Virus record (IMG/VR): IMGVR_UViG_3300032007_001727 | Strand: one strand, 5' to 3' | Source: a virus | Taxonomy: Duplodnaviria; Caudoviricetes | DNA length: 64,000 nucleotides | Shown: piece after piece, positions 21,052-28,994 of the stretch | Position numbering within the stretch: the first letter of the stretch is position 1 | Layout: every line of letters starts with the position of its first letter | The notes under the pieces: model-generated | Seen by the model: only the letters and a program-made list of their open reading frames with translations | Databases searched by the model: none | What the model was told of the DNA's origin: nothing | Made by a program: the position numbers and the translations under genes

Positions 21052-21112
21052 ATTTATCTCATTGTATATTTATATATATAAATAATTTTAATAAATATGC
21101 AATGAGATAAAT
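21052..21112 (+). promoter_or_regulatory. 22-bp hairpin covering the endonuclease translation-initiation region, with TATTTATA in its left arm
   Basis: atttatctcattgtatatttat (21052-73) pairs with ataaatatgcaatgagataaat (21091-112) with one G:U; ends at the ATG. Confidence 0.8.
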
Positions 21113-22339
21113 ATGAATGAAAGTCAGAAAAAGAGGATACAAAAACTAATAGAAATGGGTTTGTATCATGAGCCAAAAATAATAAAGGGCGTATGTAAAT
21201 TATGTGGAAAGGAATATGAATATGACGAGAACAATAAAGTAGTTAGACAATACTTTACTAACGGCTTTTGTTGCAATAAATGTTATCAAGATTCCGGTTT
21301 AAAGTTAATTAATAAAATTAAAACGACACTGACGAATGCAAATATGCCGTTTAATGATGAAAACATCTTAGAAGTTTTTTCAGAGTATCAATCAAATAGA
21401 ACTAAAAAGTGTGCTGACACTTGGAGGAAGACAATGGTTGAGAAATATGGAACAGACTATGCCACCAAGAGAGGAAAAATGGGATGGGATGGCCACAAGA
21501 AGAAATTTTTAATTGAAAACAACATAATTTCAGAAGATGATTTTTCAAAATTAAGTGAGGAGGAAATTGATGACTTATTTATTAGTAACTTCAACAAAAT
21601 AACCAAACATGGTGAACACGTTGTTAATGGTAGAAAAAGTAAATACGGAGAAGATTACAAGAAATCATTCCAAGATGCACTAGTAAAAAGCGTAACCAAC
21701 CTAATGGAGAAGAAATACGGGAAAGAATATTTAGATGGACTATCTGATTCTGAATACCAAGAGGTTTACAATGAATGTTCAACTGAAATAAATTCGAAGA
21801 AGGTTGTAAAGGATAGAATTGAATGGAAGAAGAGTACATTGTTGAACCACGGCTTCGATAAAGATTCATTGGACAAATGCAGTTCAGATGAAATTGAAAA
21901 GTTCTATTCAGAATATTTGTCAAAGAGAAAGACAAAACTTGTTTGTTCCGAAAAGAATGGGTATAAACATTCTGAAAAGGGTTGGTACAATTTTGATAAG
22001 TGGGATAAGTTTTTCTACCGTAGTAGTTGGGAAAAGCGATTATGTGAAGAATTGGACGCTAATTGTGATTTAATTGAAAATGTCATGGTTCCGGAACCAA
22101 TCTATTATAAGTTAAATGGTGTTACACATGCCTATTTTTGTGACTTTGAAATTTTATTTAAAAATGGTTTCAGACTATTCATAGAAGTCAAACCGGAAGG
22201 AAAATTAAAAGAATTAGTAAATGAGTGTAAAATAAATGCGGCAAAGGAAAAATGGGGTGACTCATTTATTGTTGCAACTGAGCATGAAATTTTTTCAAGT
22301 GATTTAAAAAATTTATTAATGAAATATGGAAAAGATTAA
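21113..22339 (+). CDS. Free-standing endonuclease (TnsA-like PD-(D/E)XK) between the split-intein halves
   Basis: N-terminal CKLC...CCNKC zinc motif; C-terminal YRSSWE...Y.CDF....IEVKP...KINAA. Confidence 0.75.
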   Translation: MNESQKKRIQKLIEMGLYHEPKIIKGVCKLCGKEYEYDENNKVVRQYFTNGFCCNKCYQDSGLKLINKIKTTLTNANMPFNDENILEVFSEYQSNRTKKCADTWRKTMVEKYGTDYATKRGKMGWDGHKKKFLIENNIISEDDFSKLSEEEIDDLFISNFNKITKHGEHVVNGRKSKYGEDYKKSFQDALVKSVTNLMEKKYGKEYLDGLSDSEYQEVYNECSTEINSKKVVKDRIEWKKSTLLNHGFDKDSLDKCSSDEIEKFYSEYLSKRKTKLVCSEKNGYKHSEKGWYNFDKWDKFFYRSSWEKRLCEELDANCDLIENVMVPEPIYYKLNGVTHAYFCDFEILFKNGFRLFIEVKPEGKLKELVNECKINAAKEKWGDSFIVATEHEIFSSDLKNLLMKYGKD

Positions 22340-23348
22340 AGAAATTGAGTCTATTTGTCTAAGTGATGAAAGAATACCGTTTGAATTTAGAAAAAATGGT
22401 GACTCTGTGAAAGATTTTCTTGAAACCATTAAGAACAATGGTTTTGTTGTGACGAACAAGGATGTTAAAAGACTCATGAAAATGTATGACACAAAAAACG
22501 AAACATTTTCAATTGTTGAAAACATTTCTTATGTTGGGGTGAAGGAAACCGTTGATTTGGAGGTTGAAAATACTCATAGTTATGTAGCAAATGGAATAGT
22601 TGCCCATAATACAATAAATCTTCCGAACGACGTGAAAGAAAGCGAGGTGGCGGAAATATATAGGGAATCTTGGAAACAAGGACTTAAGGGTATTACCGTA
22701 TATAGGGATGGATGCAGAAGCGGTGTCTTTGTATCAGTTGACAAGAAGGACACACCGAAGAAGGACTTGAACCTTGAACTCATCGAGAGCGGTACCGCAA
22801 AGAGGAGGCCAAAGACATTGGAGGCCAAGATTATACGCTTCAGCAACAAGGGTGAAAAATGGGTAGGCATAATAGGAATGCTAGACGGAAAACCGTATGA
22901 ACTCTTCACCGGAATGCTTGATAAACTGAATATCCCGAATTGGGTTGACAACGGTTCCATCATCAAGAACTATGATGAGATTGAGACTGACGGTGAAGTG
23001 AAGAAGAAATCACGATACGATTTCTGCTATAATGACAAGGACGGGTATAAGGTATGTATCGAAGGTATATCTAGGATATTTAACCCCGAGTTTTGGAATT
23101 ACGGCAAACTAATCAGCGGCTTGTTAAGGCATAATATGCCCATACCTTATATAATAAAGGTGATTTCAACCCTTAAGTTGGATGATTCCTCCATAAACAC
23201 TTGGAAGAACGGTGTTGTTAGGGTTCTCAGAAAGTTTGAAGACTCTGCTGAATTGGAGGGTGAAAAATGCCCGGAATGTGGTGGAAGGCTAGTTAGGGAC
23301 GGCGGATGCATTCACTGCGTTGACTGCGGATACAGTAAGTGTTTATAA
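22326..23348 (+). CDS. nrdJ: C-intein (22326-22610) fused to the NrdJ C-terminal part (TSCPD-like domain, zinc ribbon)
   Basis: VDLEVENTHSYVANGIVAHN|TINLP (blocks F/G, His-Asn, +1 Thr); GLKGITVYRDGCR; CPECG...CVDCGYSKC. Confidence 0.9.
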   Translation: MEKIKEIESICLSDERIPFEFRKNGDSVKDFLETIKNNGFVVTNKDVKRLMKMYDTKNETFSIVENISYVGVKETVDLEVENTHSYVANGIVAHNTINLPNDVKESEVAEIYRESWKQGLKGITVYRDGCRSGVFVSVDKKDTPKKDLNLELIESGTAKRRPKTLEAKIIRFSNKGEKWVGIIGMLDGKPYELFTGMLDKLNIPNWVDNGSIIKNYDEIETDGEVKKKSRYDFCYNDKDGYKVCIEGISRIFNPEFWNYGKLISGLLRHNMPIPYIIKVISTLKLDDSSINTWKNGVVRVLRKFEDSAELEGEKCPECGGRLVRDGGCIHCVDCGYSKCL

Positions 23349-23361
23349 AAACTGATTTCTC

Positions 23362-24306
23362 ATGTTAATGGATATTATTTTGAATAAACCGTCAGTTAAC
23401 ATCAACTTGGATTCTGACGGTTTATTTTCCTACCTATTTTTGAAATTGGCTTCATATAAGGGTCATATAAGCGGGTACAGCAACAGCAACGACCTAATCT
23501 TAAGTGAATACCCAATTGATGATTTATGGAGTGATTTCTATGTTGACTTGTTCACGCCGAAGCCGAATGCCACAACAATTGACCAACATGTCATATCTAA
23601 CTCAAACGGTATTTCCTTTCCGGAGACAAAAATAAATCCTCATATATTGATTGAGAACCATATTGCAAATAACCCCAAAAGTTATTGCGGCAAGTTCCCG
23701 TTTTCAACATCAATATTCATGTTGGGTCTCTGTGAAAGGGAAGGAAAGATTTCAGACGATGTCGGTCTTTTTGAAAACATTGACTATAAGAATAATTTTT
23801 TTGGTGGCTATGGTATTACATTGGCAGATTTGCTGCTACGTGCCGACGGATGCCTCCTAAACCGTTGCCAATATGAAAGGAATGTCTCATATTGGAAAGA
23901 CAAGATGATTGAGTTCTCCAACGGCGGTATTAATACCGAAAGGGTATTGGAATACTTGGTAAGGATGCCGAGGGAAGAGGCACAAGTAAAACACGGTATT
24001 ATAAGCAACGGTTACTTTAACTATGGGCTTTCAAAGGACGGCGGCTATAACGGACGCATTGACTTGGAAGAAAATCTTAGGCTGATAGTGAATTTGTTTA
24101 GGTCGATTTCAAAATACTTGAACGTTCTAGTAAAGGAATGCGAGACTACATTATATAAATATATAGGGGTGGTTCGTGATGCAAAATCAGACTTGACGGA
24201 AGATTTGTCATCGTTTGACACATATGCCTTCACTAGGAATAATCAGATAAAATATACAACAGACTTTAAATGTTGTGATAAAATAACTTTTAAAAATTTT
24301 AATTAA
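23362..24306 (+). CDS. Putative DHH-like phosphoesterase
   Basis: DSDG, VDL, IDQH, INP pattern resembles DHH motifs I-III. Confidence 0.45.
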   Translation: MLMDIILNKPSVNINLDSDGLFSYLFLKLASYKGHISGYSNSNDLILSEYPIDDLWSDFYVDLFTPKPNATTIDQHVISNSNGISFPETKINPHILIENHIANNPKSYCGKFPFSTSIFMLGLCEREGKISDDVGLFENIDYKNNFFGGYGITLADLLLRADGCLLNRCQYERNVSYWKDKMIEFSNGGINTERVLEYLVRMPREEAQVKHGIISNGYFNYGLSKDGGYNGRIDLEENLRLIVNLFRSISKYLNVLVKECETTLYKYIGVVRDAKSDLTEDLSSFDTYAFTRNNQIKYTTDFKCCDKITFKNFN

Positions 24307-24307
24307 T

Positions 24308-24676
24308 ATGTCCGTACAGTATTTTTTGGACAAGCCAATTGTAATTGGCGACTTGAAAAAAGTTGGTTTGGTGGTTGAGGACCACAGAAAAAATATGAAA
24401 CATCATCCGTTCACCGTCTCAAACGGTCAAGATACGGTGGCAATAAGTTCAATTGATGAAAATGGTGAAGGCAATGACGATGAACTCACAATAAAAGAGT
24501 TTGAGGGAAGATTCTCACACGGCGGAGCAAGCGTTATGCTTGAAATATGCGATAAACTTGATTGCAAGTTCATTACAGATGAGGATATTGATGAGTTGTT
24601 TTACACTGATGGTGATACCATTACGAAGGAAATGTACGATGATAGAACTGAGCGGTTCAGAGAATATCTCAAATGA
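24308..24676 (+). CDS. Hypothetical protein
   Basis: 122-aa ORF. Confidence 0.65.
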   Translation: MSVQYFLDKPIVIGDLKKVGLVVEDHRKNMKHHPFTVSNGQDTVAISSIDENGEGNDDELTIKEFEGRFSHGGASVMLEICDKLDCKFITDEDIDELFYTDGDTITKEMYDDRTERFREYLK

Positions 24677-24684
24677 GGTCTATT

Positions 24685-24717
24685 GGAGTTGACAATTGTC
24701 AACTCCTTTTTTTTTTT
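24685..24717 (+). terminator. Intrinsic terminator insulating the CRISPR locus
   Basis: ggagttgac-aatt-gtcaactcc palindrome plus a long T-tract. Confidence 0.85.
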
Positions 24718-24737
24718 GCAAAATAATTGTGATAATA

Positions 24738-24770
24738 TTTGTTTTTTTCAAATTTTTTATATATCTTTGC
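24738..24770 (+). promoter_or_regulatory. Bacteroidota -33/-7 promoter driving ncRNA + CRISPR array + effector
   Basis: TTTG 24738, TATCTTTG 24762. Confidence 0.8.
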
Positions 24771-24774
24771 ACCG

Positions 24775-24954
24775 TTAGTATTAAAACACTAGCCTACCCA
24801 CAGTGTAAGTGGGGACGTTAAGTCCGCGTACTAGGCTGTTGAGGAGTGCTTTAGTGAAAGTATCTTTCTCACGTCTAGGTTTAAACGGAAAGAAAATGTG
24901 CAAGCAGGACTTGCGCAACCATTATTAAAATTTAGTGGAAACATTTGATACAAC
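24775..24954 (+). ncRNA. Structured omegaRNA/tracrRNA-like scaffold with anti-repeat
   Basis: Stems: 24782-90/24845-53, 24791-96/24832-37, cccac/gtggg, ggac/gtcc, gtgaaag/ctttctcac, gcaag/cttgc. 24925-45 is complementary to the repeat 5' half. Ends in gatacaac, like the repeats. Confidence 0.6.
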
Positions 24955-24985
24955 TTATTGATTGTCATTCAATTACGTGTGGTGT

Positions 24986-25454
24986 GGTGTTAATTCCACT
25001 TATCTTAAGGTGGGTTACAACTACATCCCAATACTTTACTACGTGAACTTGGTGTTAATTCCACTGATTGTAAAGTGGATTACAACCTTAGAGAGGAATA
25101 ATAAAAATCCAAAGAAGGTGTTAATTCCACTGATTGTAAGGTGGATTACAACCAACTCCCAAAGAAAATACACAAAAAGTTTGGTCTTAATACCACTTAT
25201 TTTAAGGTGGATTACAACACATGAATTAAGTTCATAGATGGTGTTAATTCCACTCATCTTAAAGTGGATTACAACAATCTAAATGAATATCAACACCCGT
25301 GAAAATGGTGTTAATTCCACTGATTTTAAGGTGGATTACAACCTACCTATCACTCAGAATCAAGTGTTAATTCCACTGATTGTAAGGTGGATTACAACTG
25401 TCATTGGGAATTGCCGGTGTTAATTTCACTTATCTTAAAGTGGATTAATACAAC
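24986..25454 (+). CRISPR. CRISPR array, 8 repeats (36 nt, consensus GGTGTTAATTCCACT(G/T)AT(T/C)(G/T)TAA(G/A)GTGGATTACAAC), 7 spacers
   Basis: Repeats start at 24986, 25051, 25117, 25183, 25240, 25307, 25363 and 25416 (last one 39 nt, degenerate). Spacers are 29, 30, 30, 21, 31, 20 and 17 nt. Confidence 0.93.
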
Positions 25455-25490
25455 AATGTATTTGAGTTACAACAAATTAGATTGTCAAAT

Positions 25491-26993
25491 ATGACAAAAG
25501 AAAAAATCTTACGTGGTATTAAATACCGCTTTTTTCCAACGGAAAAACAAAAAACATACATTAACGCTATGTTTGGTGCAAAACGTTTTTTTTATAATAA
25601 AACGTTAGAAACCTATTTGTCCCTTGAAAAAGAGAACCGTGAAATAAAAGAGTATAATAGCACCCATGAGGATAAGAAGGAACCAATTGCGTATTCTTTG
25701 TTATTAAACAACGGAAAACCAAACCCAAACTATAGCAAAAACTCTCTAATACAAAGGGGATTTGATGGCTTTTATGGTGAAGTAAAAGATTATTCTTGGC
25801 TAAAGAATTATTCATCTACCATATATCAAAATGAGATTGCTAATTTGGGTAATTCTTGGAAGACTTTCTTTAAGTCCCTAAAGACGAAAAATAAAGTAGG
25901 AAAGCCTAAAATGAAAAGAAGGAATTCGGTTAATTCCATAACCTTGCAGAACACATCTTCCTTGAAGGACGGTAAGAATATTATGGATTGGAAGAATAGC
26001 CGAATAAAAACCCCGGGTTTTAATAAATTGGGTTGGTGCAAATGTGAATTGCACAGAAGATTCAAAGGCATGGTCAAGGAGACAACAATATCTAAGGATA
26101 TTGATGGTTCATACTATATTTCCCTAATAGTTGAGAGTGAAGGCTCATACCCACAGCCTAGCGGTGAAGTCACAAAGGAAAATACTATAGGTATTGATTT
26201 TGGCCTAAAGACACTTGCTACCATTTCCAATGCAAACGATGATAGCAATAACTATGAAAAGATTGTTCCATCATATTTTGCAAAGGTATGTGATTTGGAG
26301 AAAAAAATCAATAGGCTCAAGGCAAAGAGAACTCTATGTCAAGCAACACTGACAAGGGAGGGGTGTGAATCCAAGGTCTTAACCATAAAGCAGATGGATA
26401 AGGCTAGAACCAACAATAAAAGGGCTTTCAGTGGATACCATATCACCTATTCAAAAGGTTATGAGGAATATACCAAGAGGATAAACAAACTTACGGTCAG
26501 AATCAATAACATTAAGAAAAACTACACTGGTGAGGAGGCAAGTTCGATTGTAAATCGTGATTGTGCCAATGCAATCTGCGTTGAAACCCTTGATATAAGG
26601 GGCATGTCCATAAGAAATAAGACAAGGGAGGCCGAAGGCAAGAAGATTCCAAATAAAGTCAAAAGGAGAAGGAAAATGGCCCATAAATTAGGACAATTGG
26701 CCATCGGTAGTATAATCTCTCAAATAGAATATGACTCCATAAAGGCAGGAAAACACTTTATAAAGGCCCCGGCAAACTATGCTTCCACAAAGATTTGCAA
26801 TTGCTGTGGTCATAAACTTGAAGACATTGGACTAGATGTTCGGAAATGGGTTTGTCCGGTTTGTGGACAAGAGCATGACCGTGATGTAAATGCCGCAAAA
26901 AATTTGGCAAAGTATGCCTATGCCTTAAAGAATGACATCGATTTGAAGGATATTTACCACAAAGTTGAGGCTGAGGTAATGGCTGAACGATAA
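25491..26993 (+). CDS. tnpB: CRISPR-associated TnpB/Cas12f-like RuvC effector (~500 aa)
   Basis: IKYRFFPTEKQ..FG..RFFYN N-terminus; RuvC-I IGIDFG, RuvC-II CVETL, CNCC...CPVC zinc finger, RuvC-III DRDVNAAKN; 36 nt after the array; no tnpA beside it. Confidence 0.88.
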   Translation: MTKEKILRGIKYRFFPTEKQKTYINAMFGAKRFFYNKTLETYLSLEKENREIKEYNSTHEDKKEPIAYSLLLNNGKPNPNYSKNSLIQRGFDGFYGEVKDYSWLKNYSSTIYQNEIANLGNSWKTFFKSLKTKNKVGKPKMKRRNSVNSITLQNTSSLKDGKNIMDWKNSRIKTPGFNKLGWCKCELHRRFKGMVKETTISKDIDGSYYISLIVESEGSYPQPSGEVTKENTIGIDFGLKTLATISNANDDSNNYEKIVPSYFAKVCDLEKKINRLKAKRTLCQATLTREGCESKVLTIKQMDKARTNNKRAFSGYHITYSKGYEEYTKRINKLTVRINNIKKNYTGEEASSIVNRDCANAICVETLDIRGMSIRNKTREAEGKKIPNKVKRRRKMAHKLGQLAIGSIISQIEYDSIKAGKHFIKAPANYASTKICNCCGHKLEDIGLDVRKWVCPVCGQEHDRDVNAAKNLAKYAYALKNDIDLKDIYHKVEAEVMAER

Positions 26994-27004
26994 GGATAAT
27001 ATGA

Positions 27005-27040
27005 AAAAAAGAGCAACCATAACTGATTGCTCTTATATTT
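27005..27040. terminator. Probable bidirectional terminator between convergent genes
   Basis: A-tract, agagcaa...ttgctct stem, T-rich tail. Confidence 0.6.
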
Positions 27041-27049
27041 TAAATTTTT

Positions 27050-27640
27050 TTAATAATTATGGTTATTATAACCACCATAAAATCTTGGCTGTTCACCAAA
27101 CACAAACTGAACATCCCTTGTTGTGATACGCCCACTCCGTATTAACAAATCAACATCCCTTTCAGTGATGTCATATGGCTCTTTCCCCCCTTTTATCATT
27201 TTCGCCCATTTATCAAGTTTTTCTTCCCTTGACGAACCACTACGACGTGGTTCTTCCTTATATTGATTTTCAAATTCAAAATCAAGACATTTCTCTCTGT
27301 TTGCAGACCTAACTTGCTTAATTGAGTATTCAAGTTGTTCCGGCTCTACTCCGCAAATTCTTCTAACCTTATGTGGGCTACCAAAATCAATATCCGGTGC
27401 AACGTTTACTACCCATTTATCCGAATTGGCAATCTTACCATACCATTTATTTGCCCTAGGATTATATGCGTATTTTAAGGCTAATCGACGATTATAAAAA
27501 TATATATAATCTCCGGATACCATCGCAAACCACCTCTCACTAGAGTCGATATATCCATTTTCCTCTTTTAATAACTTTTTTACAGATTCTTTTACGATTC
27601 TGTGAAGGTCTGACTCTGTCAATCTAATTTTTCTTTTCAT
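27050..27640 (-). CDS. Hypothetical protein with MKRKIRLTESDLHRIVKESV leader (putative virion-internal protein)
   Basis: N-terminus shared with ORF 50757; TATTTATT motif upstream. Confidence 0.7.
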   Translation of the reverse strand: MKRKIRLTESDLHRIVKESVKKLLKEENGYIDSSERWFAMVSGDYIYFYNRRLALKYAYNPRANKWYGKIANSDKWVVNVAPDIDFGSPHKVRRICGVEPEQLEYSIKQVRSANREKCLDFEFENQYKEEPRRSGSSREEKLDKWAKMIKGGKEPYDITERDVDLLIRSGRITTRDVQFVFGEQPRFYGGYNNHNY

Positions 27641-27782
27641 ATTGTTTTATATGTATTTGTTGCCTTATTTTCTAATAAATATCAGCATATACAAAAAATG
27701 TTGTTGCCAAATTTTTTCCAAAATCATCATTTTAATACTATTTATAATAATAAAATGATTATTTGTTAGAAGAACTTAAAAT

Positions 27783-28937
27783 ATGGTAATAACTCAAGAA
27801 ATGAAGGACTTGTTCCAACTGACTAGACACATGTTAGGGGCACCAATCAGAACCGTTCAGTTGGAAGACGAACAACTCTGCGACTTATTAAATGTTGCTG
27901 TTGGTGACTATTCGGAAAAGGTTCAGAATTGGGTTCTTGAAACACAGTGGCTAAATTTACAGAACAGACACATGTTTCAGTTTCAGAACGCAAGTGAACT
28001 AGCCTACGCCATGACGGTTCGTACAATGGATTGGTCACGCGACTACTCTTATTGGTATAGCCGTGAGGTTGGACTTCAGCAACGTGGAAACTATGAACTG
28101 AAAAAAGACTTTTTTAGAATTGAGAAAGGTAAGCAAGTATATGTTATTCCTGCCGGTAGGGAGATAAATAAGGTCATGTACATTACACCGTCAACAACCA
28201 AGGCTGCGCTTTACGGTAATCTTGGAACACTAGATACCGGAATCGGAGGCGGATTCGGACAACTTGGAAACTTGGGATACATGGGAGGATTGACCGGATT
28301 CTACGTCGGAAACGTATATGACACGGCCCTCATGGCCGCTGACCTTAAATACAAGAATTCAATGCTTAGGGGTGATTTGGCCTACAAGGTAACTGCCGGT
28401 CCGAACGGTACACACCTTGTACACCTTATGTCGGTACCGGGTTCACCAAACATGGTAGGAGGCGTTGCTGCCGATGATACTTGGGGTTGGAGAAAATACC
28501 ACAATTGCATATGTTGGTATACCTATTATGACGTTTCAAACGGTACGAGCGATGACGTTACACAGTGCATGTTGGAAAACAAGGATGACATTGTCATCAC
28601 CCCGGACCAAGTACCGCTTGACAAGATGAGGTATGAACTTATGAACAACCCAACACAACAGATAATAAGAAGACTCTTGGTTGCTGAAGCAAAGATTCTG
28701 TTGGGTATTATCCGTGGTACATACAGCGGAGAAGTGAAGATACCGGAGGCCGATATGAAAATGGACTACTCCATTTTTCTTGAGCAAGGCAAGAGTGAAA
28801 AAGAGACAACATTGAATGATTTGAAGGAAAGGCTAGAGAGGATGTTGCCGTGGAATCTAATGAAGAATCAAGCGGACTTAAACGACCAACTGATAAACGT
28901 CTTAAAGAAAAAGCCGTTGGGGCTTTACGTTCGATAA
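27783..28937 (+). CDS. Neck/head-completion protein, T4 gp13-like
   Basis: LGAPIRTVQL N-terminus; AKILLG.IRG.YSG...P...E....L C-terminus; late motif upstream. Confidence 0.65.
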   Translation: MVITQEMKDLFQLTRHMLGAPIRTVQLEDEQLCDLLNVAVGDYSEKVQNWVLETQWLNLQNRHMFQFQNASELAYAMTVRTMDWSRDYSYWYSREVGLQQRGNYELKKDFFRIEKGKQVYVIPAGREINKVMYITPSTTKAALYGNLGTLDTGIGGGFGQLGNLGYMGGLTGFYVGNVYDTALMAADLKYKNSMLRGDLAYKVTAGPNGTHLVHLMSVPGSPNMVGGVAADDTWGWRKYHNCICWYTYYDVSNGTSDDVTQCMLENKDDIVITPDQVPLDKMRYELMNNPTQQIIRRLLVAEAKILLGIIRGTYSGEVKIPEADMKMDYSIFLEQGKSEKETTLNDLKERLERMLPWNLMKNQADLNDQLINVLKKKPLGLYVR

Positions 28938-28958
28938 ACAAAAAAATTCGGAGATTCC

Positions 28959-28991
28959 TTTGGTTTTTCCGAATTTTTTTTATATATTTGC
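28959..28991 (+). promoter_or_regulatory. Bacteroidota -33/-7 promoter overlapping a terminator hairpin; probably leaderless transcript
   Basis: TTTG 28959, TATATTTG 28983, ATG at 28995; aaaattcgga...tccgaatttt stem 28943-28977. Confidence 0.55.
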
Positions 28992-28994
28992 ATT

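Noticed and set aside
20710-22610. Ordinary contiguous intein broken by sequencing frameshifts
   Set aside because: There is a clean stop, a 73-nt intergenic region with a regulatory hairpin, and a nuclease ORF with its own start in a different frame from the C-intein
24962-25257. ORFs 24962-25237 (+) and 25039-25257 (-)
   Set aside because: They are translations of the CRISPR repeats
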